This document shows, in pieces, positions 53,122-64,000 of a stretch of 64,000 bases of DNA. The position numbers and the translations under genes are program-made. The notes beneath the pieces were generated by a model. It did not search any database. It was not told where the DNA came from and saw nothing but the letters and a program-made list of their open reading frames with translations. The stretch is from Chrysomallon squamiferum (Eukaryota; Animalia; Mollusca): contig CM022679.1 in NCBI GenBank assembly GCA_012295275.1, positions 13,144,001 through 13,208,000 on the forward strand, written 5' to 3'. How positions within the stretch are numbered: the first letter of the stretch is position 1; each line of letters opens with the position of its first letter.

Positions 53122-54389
53122 GTATATTAACAAGTATGATATCTTTATGTATGTGCGTCTATGAATGTGTGTCAATATATGTACGCATTAATGTATTTTT
53201 ATTTGTGCACGAGCGTTTGTGTGTATATGACTGGTGTCTATGTATATATGTATATGTGTTTATGTATTATGTATATATGAATGTATGTGTCTGTGTATTA
53301 ATGTATGTATGAATGCATGTGTGTTCGTGCATATGTATTTAAGTATGTGCGTGAATGAAAAATAACAAGTGTGAAGTATAATCGTGTGTATCTATGTTTG
53401 TGTGATATGCATGTGTGTCTATAATGTATAAAGTCTGGTTAAAACTCAATTGTCTGTTTGTATCTCTAACTCTTTGTTTGTCTTAAATCTCCTTCTCCGT
53501 CTTTCTGTCTGTCTCTGTATATCTGTCTCAGTTTGAATATACCTTTTAACATCCTCTTACACCAAATCACAGATAGAGACAAACGCATGCGCGCGCACAC
53601 ACGCGCGCACACACACACGCACGCACGAATAAACTTCATCTGGAGGTACGCTGATCGATCCCCACTGGGTGATTACAGCGGCGCATTGCTTTGAATCGTA
53701 AGTACAAAGATTCAGTTAAAACTCAGAAATTGTTAGCGATGTTCTAACGTTATAAAAACAATCTAATGGTAAATGAATATTTGAGAATTGTTATTATTTA
53801 TTATGAACTGATATACTGTATATTTTCTCCGTTCCATCCATTTTTTGTTTTGTTTTTTTCTTTATAATGAAATTCATTTTATTTTTTGAAATTTCATCTA
53901 GCAGTATGATTAAATTATCCGATTTAGTTAAGACCTGAATCCATTACTAACGATTTTTAATTATGAAAAGGGAATTTTCAAAATAAAATAATGTCTTCTT
54001 TTTCTTCTTGATTTATCAATTCATTATCCCTGCAGAACCGAAAATCCATTGTGCAAGAGTTAGTATATCAAAAATAGCATACATTGTGCAAACCATATAT
54101 TAATTTAGCATTCTGTTTTTTTTTTTTTTATTACACTTCATTAACAGCGGTTAATCTTCGTGGTGTCCAGTGATGCATGAGGCGGAAACAATATTAAAAA
54201 TTAACGTGAGTAATAAATCAGTATTATCACGTACTATTCAAAAACAACAACAACAATAAAAAAAAGAAAAAAAGGTGGTTACTTATGCGCATGGGCAGAC
54301 TAATTACCAAACCATGTGACTTGGCTTATCTCCAGTAGCGCCTGTTACCAACATAACACTGGTATGACAACAAAGTTATTTTTAGCATC

Positions 54390-54774
54390 CGACGTCATCA
54401 AGGGTATAAAAGGACCGCGCGCCCGCCCAATCGACGGAACTGCCCAGCTCGCACCCGCGGAAAGTCGTTCACCATGACGGACTGGAAGTGGGTGCTGTCT
54501 CGTGTTAAGCTATTTTCCTTTTGGTTCACAATTACGCTTACTTCGTTATTTCCTGAGATGTTCGAATCTTAGGACCCGTTCCCGGTTCTCGGAGACCACG
54601 CCCGTCAGCGGCCCTGCAATCGCAGTTTTAACTGCGCTAAAGGGTTGGGTGTGCGATCTGGGGACCTCAGACGTTGTACGTTGGCCGCTGGGTGGATTCG
54701 AATACCCCAGTGCCGAGTAGTGCAGTCTTTGAGGTCCCTGGTATATTTCTACACGTCTACTGTGGAAGGTAAGT
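54390..54774 (+). promoter_or_regulatory. Array copy 7: variant CRE (CGACGTCA) + TATA + putative first exon (GTG GAA G|GTAAGT)
   Basis: TATA 54405; donor 54769. Confidence 0.68.
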
Positions 54775-54873
54775 TCGTTTATTTAGAAAGTAATTCTGTT
54801 CAGACTCAGTATTAATTACTGCGTGACCTATATTATATGTGAGAATGATGATGGCGCTTATTTACTTATTATT

Positions 54874-54904
<31 letters not shown>

Positions 54905-57900
54905 TTATTAAGACGACGACGACGAAGAAGAAACAACAACGAAATTGATTCAGGTAAATATTGCAATAATGTTTCACACAGAATTAAAATAGAATCGTCG
55001 AGGTATTGCACAATCACAATGCAAGTTCAAAGTCTAGTGATAATGACTCGGTGTACAAGATATTAACAAGGTTTTAATTTTAACTATTTATTAAAAAACG
55101 AAACAAAAGTTTACGTAAGCGGATGATAATATTAGCTTTCGGCTGTGTGTAACTTCTAACAAACAAACAAAAAATAATAATAATAAAACGAAATTTGGTG
55201 ATTGTTTTTTTAGATGATGATAATTATTATTATTAAACAATGAAACAGGATTTTTCTCAAACTTTATTAATATATTTAGAATAAAGTACTTTACAAACGT
55301 GTGACTAACAGGTAAGTGACAAGTGTGTAATTTAAAATATTGAAAAGTGATCGAAAAATTATTTGTCGACGGATAAGGTAAGTATATTTTTTTAACTTTG
55401 TATTTTGCTAAGCGAATCGAGTGGGAGTTGTGTACCAAAGGGAAAACATCTTTTCACGAGACAGCATTCAAGTCTGGACCTGCATGTTGATCGACTTGCT
55501 GAGAAATGAACAGGACTTGTTACGAAAATGTTAATAAAAACAATAAATGAAACAGGTATCTGTGTATTACACGTTTTAAAAATAAATGAAAGATAATTTA
55601 TGTGGTTTTAGCTGTTTCAAGTTATTAGACGTCACAGTCAAGTATCTGACATATTCAGTTATATCGTAAATTTATGGCATAGATCATTGAAAATGGTGTT
55701 TCATTTCTTCGTCGAATTAAACTTAGTATTCTACTTTGACTTTCTAATTTAGAACCCAAAACACAAACCACGATAATTTATTGTATTTTATTTAATCATA
55801 GGTATGTATTTATAAAAAAAAAAAAAACATAACTTTAAAAATGTCTTTCACTATCCTGCAAATACTACTTTTTCTTTTTTACATGAAGTTTAAATGATTT
55901 GTTACGTGCCATATACTACTGAACGAAAATAAATAGAACTTAATTTTGTAAAATTAATTTTTCATTCATTAATTCTGAAGAAGGAAATGAGCCCACCTAG
56001 TACAGGAACTTTATATTTTATTTTTATTTTTATTTTATTTTATTTTATTTTTTTTTTTTTTTTGAAGACCGTAACTACAAACAAATAAAATAAATCACGA
56101 TACAAAACATAAGCGCTTCAGGAAAAATAACCAATATAAATGTGTTAAAAATACTAAACGCCTAAGATAATTAAAATTAAAACATAGTAAGTAAAACTGT
56201 ATGCCTCTCCACCATGATTAAATTCAAAAGAAAACAAAATCCACCCAATATGTTGTAATCGACTGCTGTTTGAAAAGTAGGATTTGAAATACTATACAGT
56301 AACGTCAAACAAAGATAATTCAAACGTCGATTTCTCGGATACTCGATTTATTGAACCGAAAGTTAGCATTGATGACCTTCGAATATTCAAAAGTGAATAA
56401 ATCCAAAAACTTTATATCTCAAAGTCGCTTTCCTGATCGAGAAAATAGATTTAATAGAAATTAGCCTTCGAAAACTCGAAGTGCTGGAATGGTCACGCTA
56501 TTTTTTCACTTGGTAAATACAAAACAATGAATCGTTGATTATGCGGAACGAAATACGCCTGCCTCGGTCGTCAGGGTTTTTACACAATGCAAGCAGGGTC
56601 TCTGTTCATAACAAAAACACTTTTGTTGTTTAGCTGATAAAGTTCACTGATTGATGTTTCTTTTTGCTTACAAATGAGTGTATCGTGTCAAACATGCTGT
56701 TTGCTGTTTAAATGCCAATTATTACGAAAGATCGGGAAATCTTGTGGACCCGGCAACGCAGATAGGGTGGGGTGGAGGAATAGCCAGATGGGTTAACAAA
56801 CAAGACTTCTGCAGTCATGTTATCCAAAAGGACCCGACAGTGGAAGTTTAACCGGATTGGAAACACAAAACAGAGGCGCGAAAAGAAAGTTAGCGATGAA
56901 AAATACTGAGACAAATTCAAAGGGTTAATGGAGGTTAAAGCAGGTATATAAATCTATAAACTGCTAAGAAAACCCATAAGTGGTCAAATACTTTATTACT
57001 ATGGATTAAAAAGAAAGAATCAATTCAAGAAGGTTATTCAACGTTTGGTCATAAAGTAAAAACGCGAGAACTGGAGAAATATGTGACCGCAACTTTGAAA
57101 TGATTATAAAATGCAAGGGGATAAAAAATACTCTTTAGTAATGCCGCTTTTGACGTTCCAAACACCGAGCTTAAAGAGCATGACGATAATGTCGTCCCCC
57201 AACATATGTGTGTGTGAATATTACAAACATACAGATCAATATTAAATGTGTATAGTCTTTTGAAAACAGTTTCTCTATATTATGTTAATCGTCCTCCAAC
57301 ATGAATATAAATCGTATATCAGAATGAGGCACATTAATAAATATAGGGGCTTATTTATTTATTTAATAAAATTACTCAATAAGAAAAGATAATTACGGTT
57401 TTATAAATAATATTAATCACCCCAAAACAACAGTTAAAAATTATAATCCTAGCACAAAGCCAAGTTTTTACAGTTAATCTCACTACTTCATACAGCTATG
57501 GTGGAAATGGGAGATTATAATAAAATAAAATAGTGAGATACCTATGTTGATTTAGTTAACAAAAAAGTATAAAATGTTATTATCTACACTCTCACTGCTA
57601 AAACGAGCACTTACACCAACGAAATATGCTCGAGGCTTTGTAAAACAAAAACGCAAGCAGACGGTGCTGTGAAATTTACGTTACAATGCAAGAAATTTAT
57701 TAAAATATAAAAATGTGTGTTACTTACTGAAGCTAATCAAGATACGATCGAATCTGTGTGTCAGTATGTGTCGGTACAGACACAATCATACACAACCATA
57801 TACACAAACAGATGATTATATACATAATACATACATACATATCATGGATCCCTGAACTTTTTCCACAAAATGAATGTGTGTTGTGGTGTCTATATATAAT

Positions 57901-58980
57901 ATATATATAGAATGCTAGGGGATAAAAATACGCTTTAGCTATGCCGTTTTTGAAGTTACAAACACTCAGCTTAAAGAGCACGACGATAATGTCTAACCCA
58001 AATGTATACATACATACATACATACATACATACATACATACATACATACATACATACATACATACATACATACATACATACATACATACACACATACATA
58101 CTTGATAAAGGTCCTTTTGGAAATACAAATCAAATGAACAGCACTATTCAAACATTAAATAAGATATCGTAATGTACTACACTACACAGCACAAACGTTT
58201 TAAGTGAAATTATTTTACAGATGTAAACATCTGAAACTTCAAATTTGATTTTCTATGATTTTTCAAATCAACAGTTTTCAAATTGTGGGGAATGGTTGGC
58301 CCTCTTTCTCCCCATCGAACTTGCCACTGGGCTTCAATAATATCAAGACAGAACAAAAAATATATATCTTTTTTTTATTAAATTAACCTGTAATTTTTTT
58401 TCCGGGGGCTTATGGTCGGTAAAAAAAATTCATCTTTATTCTAGGTTTTATGTGGGTGATCGCGAAAGACACTGTAGGAATGGCGAAGATGGAAATGACT
58501 GTGGTATATTACCAAGTATGATATCTTTATGTATGTACGTCTATGAATGTGTGTGAATATATGGACGTATTAATGTAGTTTTATTTGTACATGAGCGGTT
58601 TGTATGTATATGACTGGTGTCTCTTTATATACGTATGTGTGTTTCTATATGTATGTATGTCTGTATGTATGTGTCTATGTATTAATGTGTGTGTGTATGA
58701 ATGTATGTGTGTGCGTGCATATGTATTTAAGTATATGTGTGAGTGAAAAATAACTAGTGTGAAGTATATTCGTATGTACGTAAACGTTTTGTTATTAAGT
58801 GTCTTTTACATTTTATTTATTTATTTATTTATTCATTGGAAGTGTTTCTTAGAAATAAATTCTTAATATTGTTCATCGCTCGTTTATGAAGATAGCAGAC
58901 AGTTATTATTATTGTTATTATTAACATTATCATTATCATTATCATTATCACCATCATCATCATCATTATCATCATCATCA

Positions 58981-59042
<62 letters not shown>

Positions 59043-59054
59043 TTCTTCATTCAG

Positions 59055-59176
59055 ATTCACATTACTGTAATCCTGGGTTTTGTCTCTCCCGAAGCAACCA
59101 TACCTGTATCTCCAGCCTGTATGTGTGTTATGACAAAAAATTCACTGTGGGAATGGCGAAAATGAAAATGACTGTG
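59055..59176 (+). pseudogene. Variant LDLa exon with a +2 frameshift in an A run
   Basis: GACAAAAAATTCAC versus GACAAAATTCAC in sister copies; 122 nt; may be a homopolymer error. Confidence 0.5.
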
Positions 59177-60446
59177 GTATATTAACAAGTATGATATCTT
59201 TATGTATGTGCGTCTATGAATGTGTGTCAATATATGTACGTATTAATGTATTTTTATTTGTGCACGAGCGTTTGTGTGTATATGACTGGTGTCTATGTAT
59301 ATATGTATATGTGTTTATGTATTATGTATATATGAATGTATGTGTCTGTGTATTAATGTATGTATGAATGCATGTGTGTTCGTGCATATGTATTTTTTAA
59401 GTATGTGCGTGAATGAAAAATAACAAGTGTGAAGTATATTCGTGTGTATCTATGTTTGTGTGATATGCATGTGTGTCTATAATGTATAAAGTCTGGTTAA
59501 AACTCAATTGTCTGTTTGTATCTCTAACTCTTTGTTTGTCTTAAATCTCCTTCTCCGTCTTTCTGTCTGTCTCTGTATATCTGTCTCAGTTTGAATATAC
59601 CTTTTAACATCCTCTTACACCAAATCACAGATAGAGACAAACGCATGCGCGCGCACACACACGCGCACACACACACGCACGCACGAATAAACTTCATCTG
59701 GAGGTACGCTGATCGATCCCCACTGGGTGATTACAGCGGCGCATTGCTTTGAATCGTAAGTACAAAGATTCAGTTAAAACTCAGAAATTGTTAGCGATGT
59801 TCTAACGTTATAAAAACAATCTAATGGTAAATGAATATTTGAGAATTGTTATTATTTATTATGAACTGATATACTGTATATTTTCTCCGTTCCATCCATT
59901 TTTTGTTTTGTTTTTTTCTTTATAATGAAATTCATTTTATTTTTTGAAATTTCATCTAGCAGTATGATTAAATTATCCGATTTAGTTAAGACCTGAATCC
60001 ATTACTAACGATTTTTAATTATGAAAAGGGAATTTTCAAAATAAAATAATGTCTTCTTTTTTCTTCTTGATTTATCAATTCATTATCCCTGCAGAACCGA
60101 AAATCCATTGTGCAAGAGTTAGTATATCAAAAATAGCATACATTGTGCAAACCATATATTAATTTAGCATTCTGTTTCTTTTTTTTTATTACACTTCATT
60201 AACAGCGGTTAATCTTCGTGGTGTCCAGTGATGCATGAGGCGGAAACAATATTAAAAATTAACGTGAGTAATAAATCAGTATTATCACGTACTATTCAAA
60301 AAAAAAACAACAACAAAAAAAAGAAAAAAAGGTGGTTACTTATGCGCATGGGCAGACTAATTACCAAACCATGTGACTTGGCTTATCTCCAGTAGCGCCT
60401 GTTACCAACATAACACTGGTATGACAACAAAGTTATTTTTAGCATC

Positions 60447-60831
60447 TGACGTCATCAAGGGTATAAAAGGACCGCGCGCCCGCCCAATCGACGGAACTGC
60501 CCAGCTCGCACCCGCGGAAAGTCGTTCACCATGACGGACTGGAAGTGGGTGCTGTCTCGTGTTAAGCTATTTTCCTTTTGGTTCACAATTACGCTTACTT
60601 CGTTATTTCCTGAGATGTTCGAATCTTAGGACCCGTTCCCGGTTCTCGGAGACCACGCCCGTCAGCGGCCCTGCAATCGCAGTTTTAACTGCGCTAAAGG
60701 GTTGGGTGTGTGATCTGGGGACCTCAGACGTTGTACGTTGGCCGCTGGGTGGATTCGAATACCCCAGTGCCGAGTAGTGCAGTCTTTGAGGTCCCTGGTA
60801 TATTTCTACACGTCTACTGTGGAAGGTAAGT
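60447..60831 (+). promoter_or_regulatory. Array copy 8: CRE + TATA + putative first exon (GTG GAA G|GTAAGT)
   Basis: CRE 60447; TATA 60462; donor 60826. Confidence 0.7.
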
Positions 60832-60922
60832 TCGTTTATTTAGAAAGTAATTCTGTTCAGACTCAGTATTAATTACTGCGTGACCTATATTATATGTGAG
60901 AATGATGATGGCGCTTATTTAC

Positions 60923-60964
<42 letters not shown>

Positions 60965-62075
60965 TTATTAAGACGACGACGACGAAGAAGAAACAACAAC
61001 GAAATTGATTCAGGTAAATATTGCAATAATGTTTCACACAGAATTAAAATAGAATCGTCGAGGTATTGCACAATCACAATGCAAGTTCAAAGTCTAGTGA
61101 TAATGACTCGGTGTACAAGATATTAACAAGGTTTTAATTTTAACTATTTATTAAAAAACGAAACAAAAGTTTACGTAAGCGGATGATAATATTAGCTTTC
61201 GGCTGTGTGTAACTTCTAACAAACAAACAAAAAATAATAATAATAAAACGAAATTTGGTGATTGTTTTTTTAGATGATGATAATTATTATTATTAAACAA
61301 TGAAACAGGATTTTTCTCAAACTTTATTAATATATTTAGAATAAAGTACTTTACAAACGTGTGACTAACAGGTAAGTGACAAGTGTGTAATTTAAAATAT
61401 TGAAAAGTGATCGAAAAATTCTTTGTCGACGGATAAGGTAAGTATATTTTTTTAACTTTGTATTTTGCTAAGCGAATCGAGTGGGAGTTGTGTACCAAAG
61501 GGAAAACATCTTTTCACGAGACAGCATTCAAGTCTGGACCTGCATGTTGATCGACTTGCTGAGAAATGAACAGGACTTGTTACGAAAATGTTAATAAAAA
61601 CAATAAATGAAACAGGTATCTGTGTATTACACGTTTTAAAAATAAATGAAAGATAATTTATGTGGTTTTAGCTGTTTCAAGTTATTAGACGTCATAGTCA
61701 AGTATCTGACATATTCAGTTATATCGTAAATTTATGGCATAGATCATTGAAAATGGTGTTTCATTTCTTCGTCGAATTAAACTTAGTATTCTACTTTGAC
61801 TTTCTAATTTAGAACCCAAAACACAAACCACGATAATTTATTGTATTTTATTTAATCATAGGTATGTATTTATAAAAAAAAAAACATAACTTTAAAAATG
61901 TCTTTCACTATCCTGCAAATACTACTTTTTCTTTTTTACATGAAGTTTAAATTATTTGTTACGTGCCATATACTACTGAACGAAAATAAATAGAACTTAA
62001 TTTTGTAAAATTAATTTTTCATTCATTAATTCTGAAGAAGGAAATGAGCCCACCTAGTACAGGAACTTTATATTT

Positions 62076-62120
<45 letters not shown>

Positions 62121-64000
62121 AAGACCGTAACTACAAACAAATAAAATAAATCACGATACAAAACATAAGCGCTTCAGGAAAAATAACCAATATAAATGTG
62201 TTAAAAATACTAAACGCCTAAGATAATTAAAATTAAAACATAGTAAGTAAAACTGTATGCCTCTCCACCATGATTAAATTCAAAAGAAAACAAAATCCAC
62301 CCAATATGTTGTAATCGACTGCTGTTTGAAAAGTAGGATTTGAAATACTATACAGTAACGTCAAACAAAGATAATTCAAACGTCGATTTCTCGGATACTC
62401 GATTTATTGAACCGAAAGTTAGCATTGATGACCTTCGAATATTCAAAAGTGAATAAATCCAAAAACTTTATATCTCAAAGTCGCTTTCCTGATCGAGAAA
62501 ATAGATTTAATAGAAATTAGCCTTCGAAAACTCGAAGTGCTGGAATGGTCACGCTATTGTTTCACTTGGTAAATACAAAACAATGAGTCGTTGATTATCC
62601 GGAACGAAATACGCCTACCTCGGTCGTCATGTGTTTTTACAAAAAAACACTTTTGTTGTTTAGCTGATAAAGTTTACTGATTGATGTTTGTTTTTTGGAA
62701 ATGAATGTACGCGTCAAACATGCTGTTTGCTGTTTAAATGCCAATTATTATGAAAGACCGGGGAATCTGGTGGACCCGGCAACGGAGATAGGGTGGGGTG
62801 GAGGAATAGCCAGATGGGTTAACAAACAAAAGTTCTGCTGTCATGTTATCCAAAAGGACCCGACAGTGGAGTTTTAACCGCATTGGAAACACAAAGCAGA
62901 GGCGTGAAAAGAAAGTTGGCGATGAAAAATACTGAGACAAATTCAAAGGGTTAATGGAGGTTAAAGCCGGTATATAAATATATAAACTGCTAAGGAAAAC
63001 CATAAGTGGTCAAATACTTTATTACTATGGATTAAAAAGAATGAATCAATTCAAGAAGATTATTTAACGTTTGGTCATAAAGTAAAAACGCGAGAACTGG
63101 AGAAATATGTGACCGCAACTTTGAAATGATTATAAAATGCAAGGGGATAAAAAATACTCTTTAGTAATGCCGTTTTTGTCGTTCCAAACACCCAGCTTAA
63201 AGAGCATGACGATAATGTCGTCCCCCAACATATGTGTGTGTGAATATTACAAACATACAGATCAATATTAAATGTGTATAGTCTTTTGAAAACAGTTTCT
63301 CTATATTATGTTAATCGTCCTCCAACATGAATATAAATCGTATATCAGAATGAGGCACATTAATAAATATAGGGACTTATTTATTTATTTAATAAAATTA
63401 CTCAATAAGAAAAGATATAATTTATTTATATAAATAATATTAATCACCCCAAAACAACAGTTAAAAATTTTAATCCTAGCACAAAGCCAAGTTTTTACAG
63501 TTAATCTCACTACTTCATACAGCTATGGTGGAAATGGGAGATTATAATAAAATAAAATAGTGAGATACCTATATGTTGAATTAGTTAACAAAAAAGTCTA
63601 AAATTTTATTATCTACACTCTCACTGCTAAAACGAGCACTTACACCAACGAAATATGCTCGAGGTCTTGTAAAACAAAAACGCAAGCAGACGGTGCTGTG
63701 AAATTTACGTTACAATGCCAGAAATATATAAAATTATAAAAATGTGTTATTTGAAGGGTCTTTACTGAAGCTAATCTGTGTGTGAGTATGTGTCGGTACA
63801 CACACAATCACATACATTCATATACACAAACACATGATTATACACATAATATATACACACATGTCATGGATTCGAAAACTTTTTCCACAGTATGAATGTG
63901 TGTTGTGGTGTCTATATATATATATATATATATACTTGATAAAAGTTCTTTGGGAAATACAAATCAAATGAACAGCACTATTCAAACATTAAATAAGATA

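Larger units (their letters stand above)
21150..64000 (+). repeat. Head-to-tail tandem array of a ~6-kb complex unit, running off the window end
   Basis: TATA landmarks at 21525, 27700, 33494, 37022, 42854, 45657, 54405 and 60462 (spacings 6175, 5794, 3528, 5832, 2803 across a gap, 8748, 6057); a promoterless partial unit starts at ~49650; high identity by eye. Confidence 0.97.

Noticed and set aside
21150-64000. Array as rDNA, histone or snRNA cluster, or tandem LTR/Helitron elements
   Set aside because: No rRNA, histone or snRNA sequence recognised; no gag/pol/Rep remnants, PBS/PPT or TG...CA LTR boundaries seen.

Overview
AT-rich, intron-containing animal (invertebrate, plausibly mollusc/lophotrochozoan) genomic DNA. 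1-14 kb holds three tandem, same-strand class A GPCR paralogues with intronless CDSs (the middle one has a 1-nt frameshift), each preceded by a perfect CRE. 15.3-18.3 kb holds a complete five-exon MAD2 (MAD2L1) gene, with a foldback in intron 3 and a 72-bp tandem repeat that begins across its stop codon. From ~21.15 kb to the window end is a head-to-tail array of a ~6-kb unit (8 promoter-bearing copies plus one promoterless partial copy, one 200-N gap). A full unit carries a CRE+TATA Pol II promoter, a GC-rich, highly foldable ~335-nt first exon with a uORF ending ATG GAA G|GTAAGT, further strong splice donors, a decayed pogo-like fragment and phase 1-1 LDL-receptor class A (LDLa) exons. No terminal exon is recognisable in the unit. 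This amplified promoter/first-exon/LDLa cassette is the most unusual element. Remnants of Tigger/pogo, I-group LINE, hAT MITE and MULE elements are also present. All calls were made by eye; no searches or folding programs were run.
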